A stretch of 64,000 nt of DNA, taken from NCBI GenBank assembly GCA_050250895.1, contig JBFWNU010000001.1, positions 776,008 to 840,007 of the forward strand, read 5' to 3'. This stretch comes from Vulcanimicrobiota bacterium. GTDB lineage: Bacteria; Vulcanimicrobiota; Xenobia; Xenobiales; JADMJV01. The notes under the pieces are model-generated. The model ran no database searches. It had not been told where the DNA came from and saw only the letters and a program-made list of their open reading frames with translations. Shown here piece by piece: positions 17,878 to 28,166 of this stretch (within the stretch, counting starts at the first letter, position 1; each line of letters opens with the position of its first letter). Position numbers and translations under genes: made by a program.

Positions 17878-20109
17878 TTAATCCTGAAGCAAGAAGCGTC
17901 CGCCTCGGATGCGGACCAGATAGGGTTGGCGCTTGTTGAGGCGGCGGGCGGGCGAGAAGCTGCCGGTAACGCCTTCGTAAGCGGGAGTGGATTGGCCGAT
18001 CGAGTCGAGATAGGCGCGCACTTTGGCTCGCTCGAAGCCAGCCGTGTCCAGGGCCTGGGCAGCCAGCAGCAGACTGTCATAGGCATTGGCCTCGCGATGC
18101 GAGGGCGTCAGACCCGAAAATTCGCGAGCGAAGTCGCGCGAGAACTTTTGAATCTCGGGCTTGGGCGCGTCGGGGTGGAAATAGGTGGAGAGCAAGAGTC
18201 CATCCACAGCCCCTCGGCCCTCGTGAAGCAACTCGTCTCCGAAGGCGGCATTCATCGAGGCTACCGGCAAAACCAGGCTTTGACTGCGCAACTGGTTGAG
18301 AAAGCCGGTCACCGGTGCAATCCGATAGTCGGCTAGAAAGACGAAGTCGGCTTTGGCTTCGGCCAACTCACCGAGAATGGGCCCAAAGTCGGTGGCGGAT
18401 TGCTGATAGCTCGAATAAAGAGCAACGTAGCCACCCTTTTCCTGAAAGTAGTCGGTGAACTCTTCGGCCATCGAACGCGAGACAATGCTGCTCTCGTCAC
18501 GCAGTATGGCTCCGCGGCTGAGGCCCTTGGCCAGGAAATAGTCGGCCAGGGCCTGCACTTTGCGAACGTCGGGCTCAGAGCAAGTAAACACATTCTCGCC
18601 CAGCGCCCAAACGCGGGGATCGCTGGCCACGGGGGCCAGCAGCGGCAAGCCGTCGCGGTTAGCCACCGGGGCCACAGCAATAGTGTTTTGCGAAGTGAAG
18701 GGCCCGATCACCAACGGATAATCTTGATTCTTGGCGACGGTCTGGATCAGGGCCAGTGCCACCGATACCTCGGACTCGTCGTCGTAGATGTCGAGCACCA
18801 GGGGCTGTCCCCGGATGCCGCCCTTCTGGTTGAGTTGGGCCTGGGCCATGGCCAGACCATACAGCAACTGGAACCCCTCGGCATCGCGACCGGTGACCGA
18901 GGTAATGACGGGAATACTGCGATGCTCGCCGCCCATCGAAGCGTAGGCATTCTGCTTGAGAATATGGGCTTCAGCGTCCTCAGGATAGCGGGTGACCAGA
19001 TCGTCGAGCAGATTGATGGCGGCCGAATAGTCACCCCTCTTGAGCAACTCGCGGGCCTCGACCTTCTTTGCACGGGTCCGTTCGAGCACCTCGAACAGCT
19101 GGCGCCCTTGAGGCACCGGAGCCGGCCGTCGCAAGCCCAGGGCGGCGCCGGTCACGAAGGTCAACGAGGCCAGTACCAGCAGGGTGGGCAGCCAACCCGG
19201 CATCCGTAGGCGCCGGCGCAAGACCACCGTCCGACGAGGCGGCAACGGCAAAATCTTCTTCTTCGGCTTTCTAGGAGGCTCGGGCTCCTTAGGCATCTCC
19301 TGCTGATATTTCTCGTCGGAAAGCAAAATCAGGATGTCTTTGATCAGCTCTGCCGCGCTCGCGTAGCGCTGGCCGGGATCGGGCTGAAGACAGCGCAGCA
19401 CCAGAGCTTCGACTCCGGTGTCGACGCCGGGACGATAGGGCCTGATCCGGTGGCTGCCATAAATGGGACTGGGAGGCTTGCCGGTGAGCACAAAATAGAG
19501 GGTAGCCCCCAGCGAGTAGATGTCGGAGCGCCCGTCGGTCTGCTGCAGGTCTTCCCATTGCTCGGGGGGGGCGTAGCCCACCGAACCCGAGGCCTGGGTG
19601 TCGCGGCGCTTTCCGGGCTCGAAGTGCCGAGCCAGGCCAAAGTCAACCAGCTTGACGTGACGGTCCTCGGTTACAATGATGTTCTCCGGCTTGAGGTCGC
19701 GAAAGATGACCGGCTTCTCCTGCCGATGCAAATAGTCGAGCACCTGAGCCAACTCGAGAGCCCACCGCAGGACCTGAGTTTCTTTGGGGGTCCCCTCGGT
19801 TTCGATGAACTTGGCCAGATTCTCGCCCTCGATGTATTCCATGACCAGAAACTGTTTGTCATGGGCGGCGAAGTAGTCGACGATCACCGGCAGCGTGCGG
19901 TGACGCAGGCCGGCCAGCATCTTGGCCTCGCGAATGAAACTGCCTTTGACGTGCTCGGCCACGGTCGGATCGTAGATGACCATCTCTTTGAGGGCCCAAT
20001 GCTTACCGGGCAGGCGCATGTCCTCACAAAGATAGACTGCCCCCATGCCCCCGCGACCGAGAAACTTCACCACCCGATATCGATCTTGAAAAACTTCGCC
20101 GATGTTCAT
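17878..20109 (-). CDS. Ser/Thr protein kinase - TM - TPR - periplasmic LivJ-type ligand-binding domain
   Basis: LGRGGMGAVY, WALKE, IFRDLKPENI, DFG, YAPPEQ, SDIYSLG; C-terminal branched-chain amino acid binding fold (YDDES, IGPFTS, AYDS, YEGVTG). Confidence 0.92.
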   Translation of the reverse strand: MNIGEVFQDRYRVVKFLGRGGMGAVYLCEDMRLPGKHWALKEMVIYDPTVAEHVKGSFIREAKMLAGLRHRTLPVIVDYFAAHDKQFLVMEYIEGENLAKFIETEGTPKETQVLRWALELAQVLDYLHRQEKPVIFRDLKPENIIVTEDRHVKLVDFGLARHFEPGKRRDTQASGSVGYAPPEQWEDLQQTDGRSDIYSLGATLYFVLTGKPPSPIYGSHRIRPYRPGVDTGVEALVLRCLQPDPGQRYASAAELIKDILILLSDEKYQQEMPKEPEPPRKPKKKILPLPPRRTVVLRRRLRMPGWLPTLLVLASLTFVTGAALGLRRPAPVPQGRQLFEVLERTRAKKVEARELLKRGDYSAAINLLDDLVTRYPEDAEAHILKQNAYASMGGEHRSIPVITSVTGRDAEGFQLLYGLAMAQAQLNQKGGIRGQPLVLDIYDDESEVSVALALIQTVAKNQDYPLVIGPFTSQNTIAVAPVANRDGLPLLAPVASDPRVWALGENVFTCSEPDVRKVQALADYFLAKGLSRGAILRDESSIVSRSMAEEFTDYFQEKGGYVALYSSYQQSATDFGPILGELAEAKADFVFLADYRIAPVTGFLNQLRSQSLVLPVASMNAAFGDELLHEGRGAVDGLLLSTYFHPDAPKPEIQKFSRDFAREFSGLTPSHREANAYDSLLLAAQALDTAGFERAKVRAYLDSIGQSTPAYEGVTGSFSPARRLNKRQPYLVRIRGGRFLLQD

Positions 20110-20172
20110 GAAACTAGCCGCGACCAGAGGCCGCGTTCAGTAGGTTATACGTCCGAGCCCGAATCTCCCTCA

Positions 20173-20754
20173 TCACCTGGGAGTTTCGGCGTGGGCGGCC
20201 ACCAGCAGCCGGATCTTGACCTCGTCTCCGACCGCTCCGTGAGCGTCTTTCCAGGTGTCGACGCCAAAATCCGAGCGAAGCACCGCAAACGTTGCTCGGC
20301 AGCCGATGGTCCTTCGGCCCTGGTCGTCGGGAGGGGTGGGACCGCTAACCGTCACCAGGGCCGTGACGGGACGGGTGACCCCGTGCAGGCTCAAGTCGCC
20401 GTTCACAGCCAGTTGGCGCTCGTCGAATCTGGTCACCGAAGTGCTGCGAAAGCTGATTTTGGGATATTGCTCGACATTGAAGAAATCTTTGCTGCGCAGG
20501 TGCGCATCCCGCTTTTCGCTGGCCGTGTCGATACTGTCGGCATCGACCTCGAACCTGACCACCAGCGACTCGGGAGCCTCGGGATCGTAGGATACGACTC
20601 CCTGAAAGTGATTGAACCGACCCTCCAGACTGGAAACCAGGTAGCGAACGCCAAAACCGAGGGTACTGTGGACCGGGTCGACCACAAAATCATCAGCCCG
20701 CAGACTCGGGCTGAACCCGGCCACGATCAGCATCACCAGCAGGAATTGGCGCAT
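20173..20754 (-). CDS. yceI: YceI family lipid/polyisoprenoid-binding protein
   Basis: Signal peptide; DPVHS, RDAHLRSKDFFNVEQYP, GDLSLHGVTRPV, RSDFGV. Confidence 0.92.
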   Translation of the reverse strand: MRQFLLVMLIVAGFSPSLRADDFVVDPVHSTLGFGVRYLVSSLEGRFNHFQGVVSYDPEAPESLVVRFEVDADSIDTASEKRDAHLRSKDFFNVEQYPKISFRSTSVTRFDERQLAVNGDLSLHGVTRPVTALVTVSGPTPPDDQGRRTIGCRATFAVLRSDFGVDTWKDAHGAVGDEVKIRLLVAAHAETPR

Positions 20755-20813
20755 CAAACTCCTCCGTCGAGAGTGTGAAGGGGACTTTCTCTCCAGAAAA
20801 AGAACCCCTCCTC

Positions 20814-21698
20814 ATGGCACAGACTTCCGCAAAACTCCCATACCGTAAGATCATGTTCTACACCCTGGCCATTTTCGGGGTGCCGGTGGTGGTCCTGAGC
20901 CTGGCTCTGTGGGCTCGGGGTGATTTGGGCCAGGAGGCCGAAACCGGACTCGAGCCAAAAACGCCCGACCACCCCCCCGGCCTGGACCCGGCCCTGGCGG
21001 CCGAGGTCAAGCTGCGGCTGGCCGCTAGCCTGGCGGCGGGCAAACCTCAGCCGGTGGCCGCCCCCCGGGAACGCCGCCGCAGCAATCGTTTTGTGGCCGA
21101 GGTGACGGTCGAGGTTCTAGGAGAGCCTGCCTTTGATGCCATCATTTGCGAATTGAGCCTCGGGGGGGCGCGCCTGGCCAGCCCGGTGGCCGTCGATCCT
21201 GACACGATCGTCACTCTGGGCCCCAAAGGCAAGCCGTCGGCCGAAGCCTTTGTAGTGTGGCAACGCCCGGCTGGCGAAGCTTACGAACTCGGACTCTTCT
21301 TCAAAGCCGGAGCCGAAGAGGCCCCTTGGCTGATCGAGAGCCTGGTCAAAGCCGGCCTCGACTGGCCCACGCTCGAGCAGAAGCGGCGCTGGGTGCGCGG
21401 GCGCTCGGACTGCAGCGCCCAGGTCAAAAGCGCCAGCGGCGAGTGCCTCGAGGTGGAACTGATCGACCTTTCCCGAGCCGGTGCGCGTCTGGCCGGCCTA
21501 TTGCCGACCAGCGACGATGGGCGCTACCGCCTGTTGCTCAGCTCGCCCGATAGCGCCGACGGACTGGCCGTCCCGGCCCGCCTGCTCTTCTCGCGCGAAG
21601 GCCAGCACCATTTCGAATTCATCGGGCTCAACCGGGAACTCCGACGCCGGCTGGCTGTTCATATCCCTGAACCCAAGCCCGAGGAGGAATCGTCGTGA
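20814..21698 (+). CDS. Membrane-anchored protein with two PilZ domains
   Basis: N-terminal TM; ERRRSNR...ELSLGGA and KRRWVR...DLSRAGA PilZ signatures. Confidence 0.8.
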   Translation: MAQTSAKLPYRKIMFYTLAIFGVPVVVLSLALWARGDLGQEAETGLEPKTPDHPPGLDPALAAEVKLRLAASLAAGKPQPVAAPRERRRSNRFVAEVTVEVLGEPAFDAIICELSLGGARLASPVAVDPDTIVTLGPKGKPSAEAFVVWQRPAGEAYELGLFFKAGAEEAPWLIESLVKAGLDWPTLEQKRRWVRGRSDCSAQVKSASGECLEVELIDLSRAGARLAGLLPTSDDGRYRLLLSSPDSADGLAVPARLLFSREGQHHFEFIGLNRELRRRLAVHIPEPKPEEESS

Positions 21699-22165
21699 AA
21701 AGATTTTTGTCGGTATTCCTGGTGCTGGTGGCCGCGGTCGCCAGCCAGGCCGAAGAGAAAGTCACCCGCACACCCGCAGAATGGAAGAAGCTGCTCAGCC
21801 CTGAGCAATACCACGTGCTGCGCGAAAAGGGGACGGAGCGTCCCTTCACCGGCAAGTTCCACGACAATCACAAGAGCGGGACCTATGTTTGCGCCGGCTG
21901 CGGCCAGGTTCTCTTCGAATCCGGCACCAAATTCGACTCGGGTACCGGTTGGCCCAGCTTCTACGCTCCGGCTAGCCAGCAGGCGGTCGACAACCTCAAG
22001 GATAACAGCCACGGCATGCAACGCATTGAAGTGCAGTGCAGCCGCTGCGGCGGCCACCTGGGTCACGTTTTCCAGGATGGCCCCAAGCCGACCGGCCTGC
22101 GTTACTGCATCAACTCGGCCTCGCTCGATTTCAAACCGGCCCCTGAAAAGAAGGGGCACAAATAG
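21695..22165 (+). CDS. msrB: Peptide-methionine (R)-S-oxide reductase MsrB with signal peptide
   Basis: [38 protein letters not shown]. Confidence 0.95.
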   Translation: MKRFLSVFLVLVAAVASQAEEKVTRTPAEWKKLLSPEQYHVLREKGTERPFTGKFHDNHKSGTYVCAGCGQVLFESGTKFDSGTGWPSFYAPASQQAVDNLKDNSHGMQRIEVQCSRCGGHLGHVFQDGPKPTGLRYCINSASLDFKPAPEKKGHK

Positions 22166-22187
22166 CCAGCGAGAAATCCGTTCGGCT

Positions 22188-22334
22188 ATGGAAAACAAGC
22201 TCTGTCCAACCTGCGGAGGCAGCAAACAGGTGCGGGTAGACTTTACGCCCACTCCGGTTTGGCGGGCCTGCCCCGCCTGTCGCAATCGCCGCCGCACCAC
22301 CCAGGCGACCCGACCCAAGGAAAAATCGGCCTAG
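22188..22334 (+). CDS. Small zinc-ribbon protein (48 aa)
   Basis: MENKLCPTCGGSKQ...ACPACR: two CxxC pairs; fills the intergenic gap. Confidence 0.55.
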   Translation: MENKLCPTCGGSKQVRVDFTPTPVWRACPACRNRRRTTQATRPKEKSA

Positions 22335-22816
22335 TGCGAGACCTCGGCCAGCAGTTCGAGGCCGGCGGGATGAAAGTGCACACCGGCCACCCCTAGCCGT
22401 AGCCGGGGGTGCCGGCCGGCCAGCCAGCGGTTGAGGCTGCTCAGACAGACGACCACTTCTCCGACATCGCCATCGCGCTCGCGGCGGCGGTCGAGGCGGA
22501 CCGTGTTGGCGGGCAGGCCCTGACGCAGCAAAACCGGACGCACGGCCCGCTCGATCCGCTGCGAGATCGTTCCCCATAAGGCCGAGGTCAGCTTGCTCAA
22601 GAGGAAGCGTCCGGTCAAGTCGCCACGAATCTGTGAAAAAGGGATCGAGAAAACCAGCTCCGAGTCGCGGCAGGCAGGCACAATCACAGCCGTGGCCGCG
22701 CCCACCGGCAGCTTGAAATGGCCCACCAAACAGCCTTGCTCGTAGCGAAGTTGGTGATCGGGAATCCGGGCCAGCAGACCGTTGACCAGCCCGCTATCGA
22801 CTGACAGCCGAATCAC
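22331..22816 (-). CDS. Hypothetical protein
   Basis: 161-aa ORF with GTGA overlap to the upstream zinc-ribbon gene. Confidence 0.65.
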   Translation of the reverse strand: MIRLSVDSGLVNGLLARIPDHQLRYEQGCLVGHFKLPVGAATAVIVPACRDSELVFSIPFSQIRGDLTGRFLLSKLTSALWGTISQRIERAVRPVLLRQGLPANTVRLDRRRERDGDVGEVVVCLSSLNRWLAGRHPRLRLGVAGVHFHPAGLELLAEVSH

Positions 22817-23196
22817 TCGCCGCCAAAGAGTCCGATGGTGAGGTCCAACTCCACCGACTCGGTCTCGAGCCGGCAGTCGTCGACTTCCAGCGTAACCGAG
22901 CCCTGACCCACCACGTCCAGCTCCAGACGGGTGCTCTTGAGGGGCAGGTGGGTGACCCGAACCTTGACCGTTCCCTGATCGACGAGCAGCCGACCGTCCT
23001 GGTAGGACAACGTCATGCCGTCGCGATTGGCGAACTCACTCAACAGGATGTTTACGGTGTCTTTGTCGAGCGAGATCTTGCCGCGACCGGTGGTGGGGCC
23101 CGCCTGACTGGGGACACCCACCAGGGAGCCTCCGCAACTTCCGCAAAATTGCTTGCCGGCGCGAGCCTGGGTGCCGCATTGTGGACAGGTGACCAT
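22813..23196 (-). CDS. Zinc-ribbon domain protein
   Basis: CPQCG...KQFCGSCG at the N-terminus. Confidence 0.8.
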   Translation of the reverse strand: MVTCPQCGTQARAGKQFCGSCGGSLVGVPSQAGPTTGRGKISLDKDTVNILLSEFANRDGMTLSYQDGRLLVDQGTVKVRVTHLPLKSTRLELDVVGQGSVTLEVDDCRLETESVELDLTIGLFGGE

Positions 23197-23307
23197 GAAT
23201 ACCCCCTGATTGGAATGGTACGCCTTTCTAGCCCCTGTCCGGGCCTCCTTTTCAAGCCAACGAGCCGGCGCGAAGGCGATTTCGTCCCGACGCCAGAAGC
23301 TAGGCCC

Positions 23308-23850
23308 ATGGTTACCGGAAACAGGCCCTGGAAAAGGTTGCTTCTGCTAGTGTTGGCCTTGTCGACAGCGGCGGCGGCCCAGGATTTCTTCAAGCTGGTC
23401 GAAACCGGCACGCCGGCCCAGATTCAAGCCGCCTTCGAAGCCGACACCAGCCTGCTCGACACCACCGACGGCGGACGCACGGCTCTGCACGTGGCTGCCG
23501 CCCGGGGCGACACAGAGATCCTCCAGTTGCTGCTCGACCAAAGACTGTCGGTCACCGGCGGGGGGAGCTGGACGCCCCTCCACGAGGCAGCTCTCAACGG
23601 CCACTATGAAGCGGCCCGCTTGTTGCTCCGGGCGGGGGCTCCCGTCAATGCCCGCGAGAACTCGAACGGGGGTACCCCGCTCCATGTGGCCGCCTTCAAC
23701 GGCCACCTGAAGGTGGTCCAGCTGTTGCTGGCCTCGGGGGCCAAGGTCAACGCCCGTGACCGCGACGGCTGGACAGCCCTCTCGCAAGCCCGCGACCAGG
23801 GCTTTCCCGAGGTGGAAGCCGCACTCAAGAAAAACGGAGGCACACGCTAA
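23308..23850 (+). CDS. Secreted ankyrin-repeat protein
   Basis: Signal peptide LLLLVLALSTAAAAQ; GRTALHVAA, WTPLHEAA and GTPLHVAA ankyrin repeats. Confidence 0.9.
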   Translation: MVTGNRPWKRLLLLVLALSTAAAAQDFFKLVETGTPAQIQAAFEADTSLLDTTDGGRTALHVAAARGDTEILQLLLDQRLSVTGGGSWTPLHEAALNGHYEAARLLLRAGAPVNARENSNGGTPLHVAAFNGHLKVVQLLLASGAKVNARDRDGWTALSQARDQGFPEVEAALKKNGGTR

Positions 23851-25010
23851 TTCTTTCGCTGCTAGCTACCTGTTCGTTCGGGCTCGAGGCCGTGCTGGCC
23901 CGAGAACTTGCCGACCTCGGCGTGTCAGAGGTCAGTCCCGACAACGGGCAAGTCGCCTTCTCGGGCGGCCCCGAGGAGTTGGCCCGGGCCAATCTGTGGT
24001 TGCGCACCGCCGATCGGGTCTGGATCAAGATGGGCGACTTCTCGGCCTCTACCTTCGACGAGCTCTTCGAGGGTACCCGCGCCCTCGATTGGCCAGCCTA
24101 TCTGCCCAGGAATGCCGAGTTTCCGGTGACCGGATTTTCGGTGAAGTCCCAACTGTCGAGCGTACCCGCCTGCCAGAAAATCGTGAAGAAAGCCGCCGTC
24201 GAGAAACTTCGGGCCAAGTACCGGATGGAATGGTTCCCCGAAGACGGCGCCCCGTTTCCTATCCGCTTCAACCTGATCAAGGACCACTGCACCGTCCTGC
24301 TCGACACCAGCGGAACGGGCCTGCACCGGCGGGGTTATCGAACCTACAACGCCGAGGCGCCGTTGCGAGAAACGCTGGCGGCCGGGCTGGTCTTGCTCAG
24401 TTACTACAACAAAGATCGCCTGCTCTACGATCCCATGTGCGGTTCCGGCACGATTTTGCTCGAGGCAGCCATGATCGCTCTCTCGCGGGCGCCGGGACTG
24501 CGCCGCACTTTCGCCTCGGAACGGTGGCCGTTTCTGGGGGAAGCCCCCTGGAAGGCCGCTCGCGACCAGGCCGCCGAACTCTTCGATCGCACCTCGCAAC
24601 TGCAGCTGTTTGGTTCGGATGCCGACGGACGCGTGTTGGACCTGGCCCGCACCCATCTCACCCAGGCCGGCCTCGACGAGCGTGGCATCCATTTTCAAAA
24701 GCGCGAGGTCGAAGACTTCAGCAGCAAAAAGCAGTATGCCGTCGTCATCACCAATCCGCCCTACGGCTACCGCCAGGGAGAACTCGAAGAGGTCGAGGAA
24801 CTTTATCGCCAACTGGGCCGGCTCTTCACCAACGAAACCTGGTCGCTCTACTTCTTGACCTCGCATCCCGACTTTGCCCGTCTCTTTGGTCACGGCCAGC
24901 CGCGCAAACGCAAGCTTTATAACGGCAAGCTGGCCTGCACTTACTACCAGTATCCAGGCCCCCGTCCCCCCGGACCCAAGAGGCCAAAAGCCGCGGCTCA
25001 CGAAGGATAG
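23850..25010 (+). CDS. rlmL: THUMP-domain 23S rRNA m2G methyltransferase (RlmL/YpsC type), probable ATT start
   Basis: ATCSFGLEAVLAREL, NLWLRTADRV, GLHRRGYR, APLRETLAA, DPMCGSGT, NPPYG; first canonical start (GTG 23892) lies inside the conserved N-terminal motif. Confidence 0.9.
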   Translation: MLSLLATCSFGLEAVLARELADLGVSEVSPDNGQVAFSGGPEELARANLWLRTADRVWIKMGDFSASTFDELFEGTRALDWPAYLPRNAEFPVTGFSVKSQLSSVPACQKIVKKAAVEKLRAKYRMEWFPEDGAPFPIRFNLIKDHCTVLLDTSGTGLHRRGYRTYNAEAPLRETLAAGLVLLSYYNKDRLLYDPMCGSGTILLEAAMIALSRAPGLRRTFASERWPFLGEAPWKAARDQAAELFDRTSQLQLFGSDADGRVLDLARTHLTQAGLDERGIHFQKREVEDFSSKKQYAVVITNPPYGYRQGELEEVEELYRQLGRLFTNETWSLYFLTSHPDFARLFGHGQPRKRKLYNGKLACTYYQYPGPRPPGPKRPKAAAHEG

Positions 25011-25017
25011 GGCCTTC

Positions 25018-25893
25018 ATGCTCATTCGCTTCTTCCGAGAGCTGGACTATGCGCCGGTCAGCCAACTACTGAACGCGGTCTATCGCAACCCGACCCGCAT
25101 GGCCCACCTCACCCCCGAACGGCTGCGGACCGAGTATCGCAATCGAGGCACCAACCCCCACGAAAACTGTGTGGTGTTGGAGTCCCCCGAGGGCGAGCTG
25201 GTCGGTTTTTGCGGCTACGAGCCCCTCCCTGACGGCCGGGCCCTGCTCGACGGACCGGTGTTGCACACCGAGTTTCGCGGTCAGGGTTGGGGCCAACGGC
25301 TGTGGCAAGAGGTCGCGACCCTGCTCAGGGCTCGAGGCATTCGGACCGTTTCCGTCGTTCTGGGCGAGGCCAACGGCGAAGGCCTGGACTTTGCCAAACG
25401 GGTGGGATTCGCCCCCGAGAAAACCGATGTCATCGTGATCTGCGAAAATTCAGCCCGCCACGAGATCAACCCCCCCGACGGGATCAGCGTAAGCCTGGCC
25501 GACAACGACCTCGACCTGGCCGAATACGAAGACCTTCACGCCAGCCTGTTCAGCCGCCGCAGCCTGGCCTACCTCGGCGTGTTGGCCCGGGCCGACAATT
25601 ATCGTATCTTTGTGGCCCGCGATGGAGCCGACCTGGTGGGACACCTCGAGCTTGAGTTTCTCGACGAGGTGGCCACCATCGAGGCTTACGGCGTGGCCAC
25701 CACCCACCGCCGACGCGGCATCGGCCGGTGCCTGCTGGCGGCCGCCCTCAACGAGGCATGGAGCCAACCCGGGATTCGACTGGTGCGCCAGATCTGGAAG
25801 ACCAGTGAGCCTGGCTTCATCAAGGCCTATCTCGACATGGGCTTCGTCCAGAAGGCGGCCATTCACGGGCTGGTGCGCCAACTCGAGGGCTGA
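25018..25893 (+). CDS. Tandem GNAT acetyltransferase
   Basis: Two acetyl-CoA motifs: FRGQGWG and HRRRGIGRCLL. Confidence 0.85.
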   Translation: MLIRFFRELDYAPVSQLLNAVYRNPTRMAHLTPERLRTEYRNRGTNPHENCVVLESPEGELVGFCGYEPLPDGRALLDGPVLHTEFRGQGWGQRLWQEVATLLRARGIRTVSVVLGEANGEGLDFAKRVGFAPEKTDVIVICENSARHEINPPDGISVSLADNDLDLAEYEDLHASLFSRRSLAYLGVLARADNYRIFVARDGADLVGHLELEFLDEVATIEAYGVATTHRRRGIGRCLLAAALNEAWSQPGIRLVRQIWKTSEPGFIKAYLDMGFVQKAAIHGLVRQLEG

Positions 25894-26954
25894 TGCTGCG
25901 ACGCATCCTCCACGTCGACATGGATGCGTTCTATGCCTCGGTCGAGCAGCGCGACTTTCCTCATCTCAAAGGTAAGCCCGTGATCGTGGCCGGCAGCGAT
26001 CGCCATCGCGGCGTGGTGGCGGCCGCATCCTACGAAGCTCGACGCTACGGCATCCACTCGGCCATGCCCACGGCCGTGGCCCACCGGTTGTGTCCCGAGG
26101 TAGTTCGCCAACCCGTTCGCATGGAGGTCTACAGAGAGGTCTCGCTGCAGATTCGCGAGCTGTTCTGGGCCATCACCGATCTGGTCGAACCCCTCTCCCT
26201 GGACGAAGCCTTCCTGGATGTCTCGAAAACCTGCCACGAAAACCAGGTCACGGCCACCCGAGTCGCCTATCAACTCAAGCAAGACATCAAGAAAACGACG
26301 GGCCTGACGGCCTCGGCCGGAGTCGGTCCCAACAAGTTCGTGGCCAAGGTGGCCTCGGACTATCGCAAGCCCGACGGCTTGACGGTCGTGCCCCCCGAGC
26401 AGGTGGTCGATTTTCTGCACCCCCTATCGATCAAGCGCGTCTGGGGCATCGGACCGGTCACGGCCACTCGCCTCAACGAGCTGGGTATTCACACCATCGC
26501 CGATCTTCACGCCCAATCGCTAGAACGGCTGGTCGAACTCTTCGGAAAAGCCGGCTTATCTTATCATCAACTGGCCCGAGGCCAGGACAATCGCGCCGTC
26601 ACGCCTCATCGCGAGCCCAAGTCCGTCTCGCAAGAGACCACCTTCTCCAACGATGTCAGCGACCCCACCGAACTCCACGCCGCCATTCAAGACCAGGCCG
26701 AAAGAGTGGCCCGGCGATTGGCTCGAGCCAATCTGCAGGGTACCACCATCACCCTCAAACTGCGCTATGACGACTTCACCACCATCACCCGCAGCCACAC
26801 CGCAAGCCTCACCGATCAGGCGGAAGAAATCGCAGCGCAAGCCTTATCGCTACTGGAAAAGACTGAGTTTCCGCAACGTCGCGCTCGACTGGTGGGGGTG
26901 GGTGTCTCCGGACTGCTGCATAACGATCGCCCGCTACAATTAAGACTTTTTTAA
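25893..26954 (+). CDS. dinB: DNA polymerase IV
   Basis: HVDMDAFYASVE, SYEARRYGIHSAMP, SLDEAFLD, NKFVAKVASD. Confidence 0.97.
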   Translation: MLRRILHVDMDAFYASVEQRDFPHLKGKPVIVAGSDRHRGVVAAASYEARRYGIHSAMPTAVAHRLCPEVVRQPVRMEVYREVSLQIRELFWAITDLVEPLSLDEAFLDVSKTCHENQVTATRVAYQLKQDIKKTTGLTASAGVGPNKFVAKVASDYRKPDGLTVVPPEQVVDFLHPLSIKRVWGIGPVTATRLNELGIHTIADLHAQSLERLVELFGKAGLSYHQLARGQDNRAVTPHREPKSVSQETTFSNDVSDPTELHAAIQDQAERVARRLARANLQGTTITLKLRYDDFTTITRSHTASLTDQAEEIAAQALSLLEKTEFPQRRARLVGVGVSGLLHNDRPLQLRLF

Positions 26955-26982
26955 CGGCAGGTTGACGCTGGGGTTTTATCCT
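26940..26982 (+). promoter_or_regulatory. Variant 11-bp-period direct-repeat promoter
   Basis: TTAAG-N6-TTAAC-N6-TTGAC-N10-TATCCT; same spacing as the TCAAG boxes at 41.4-48.4 kb. Confidence 0.45.
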
Positions 26983-27055
26983 CACTTCAACAGCCGGGGG
27001 CGCACCAACGAGCGCCGACAGAGCTGATTCTTTCCACGACTAAGGAATGGTACCG

Positions 27056-27556
27056 ATGGATATCTTGAGCGGAATCGACTCACCCTTCGAACTGCAAGGC
27101 AAACGCCAAAGCCTGCGCTTCTCGGGTGATGACGTGGGGGGTCAATTTCAGGTGGAGTTGTCCGCCAACGGTTGCCGAACCCAGGTTCACGGCTCCTGGG
27201 ACCGGTCAGACAACAGTGGCTACAACCAGGCCGGCTTCTACTTCGACCTCTCGGTGGTCGACCACGACCCCGACAAGAACCTGGCCATGCGCCTGACCCG
27301 CGATGACCGGGGCCAGGGCAAATTGCACATCATCAACCCCGGTCTCGACGAATGTGTTCAGATCAGCGCGCCTATCGGAGACATCTCGCAAGCCAGCAGC
27401 AACTGCTTCGAGCCCGACTTCTTCGCCTATCGGTCAGTCACTGACGTGACCATCGAGACCGACGAAGAGGGAATCGCGCTGTCCATCTATCGCGAGTGCG
27501 AGCCGGCACCGACCCGCTTCGTCTTCCGTGACGGCTCGGTTTTGTCCGAAAGTTAA
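27056..27556 (+). CDS. Hypothetical acidic beta-rich protein
   Basis: ORF with AAGGA 9 nt before ATG 27056 (alternative ATG 27047); no family recognised. Confidence 0.7.
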   Translation: MDILSGIDSPFELQGKRQSLRFSGDDVGGQFQVELSANGCRTQVHGSWDRSDNSGYNQAGFYFDLSVVDHDPDKNLAMRLTRDDRGQGKLHIINPGLDECVQISAPIGDISQASSNCFEPDFFAYRSVTDVTIETDEEGIALSIYRECEPAPTRFVFRDGSVLSES

Positions 27557-27637
27557 TGCCCGGGTAGTACTTCTCCGTTTAGTGCGGCATACGCTCCTTT
27601 GGAGTCCACGCCTCATCAAACATAAAGGAGAGTCACC

Positions 27638-28135
27638 ATGGTCATCACCAGCGCAGCTAACCGCTATCTTCCCAACAATCGGCCGGCGGCCGCCCAACAG
27701 GCCCCCACCCGCTCGGCCAGCTTCGACAGTTTTCAACCCCGCCCTATGGTCGAGCCCCCGCCGCCCGGCTACAACCCGAATGATCCGGCTTCGGCCAAGA
27801 TCCAGGGCGTAGTCGGTCTCGGCCTGCTCGGCGGTCTGGCCGGCATCGTCGCCGGTGCTGCCGGCGGAACGGCTGGTGCCATTGCTGGGGCGGTGGCCCT
27901 GGGCGCCGCCGGCGCCACGGCCGGTGCCTTCGGCGGCCTGGCTTTCGACATCGGCAACCTGGGCAGCAGCAACATTACTCCCTATGCCACTGCGGGTGGT
28001 GCCGCCCTCGGCATCATCGGCGGAGCCTTGCTGGGCGCCAACACGGCCGGCCCCTTAGCCGCCGCGGGTCTGGGCCTGCTGGGTGCAGCCGGGGCCGGAC
28101 TGGGCGCCAACATGCTCCTCGATCCCCAGTGGTAA
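27638..28135 (+). CDS. Glycine-zipper membrane protein with disordered N-terminus and DSFQP motif
   Basis: AAGGAG RBS; GxxxGxxxG repeats over about 100 aa; N-terminal MVITSAANR...SFDSFQP. Confidence 0.8.
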   Translation: MVITSAANRYLPNNRPAAAQQAPTRSASFDSFQPRPMVEPPPPGYNPNDPASAKIQGVVGLGLLGGLAGIVAGAAGGTAGAIAGAVALGAAGATAGAFGGLAFDIGNLGSSNITPYATAGGAALGIIGGALLGANTAGPLAAAGLGLLGAAGAGLGANMLLDPQW

Positions 28136-28166
28136 GACCGAAGCCACGAGTTATTTCCTAGAGGCC

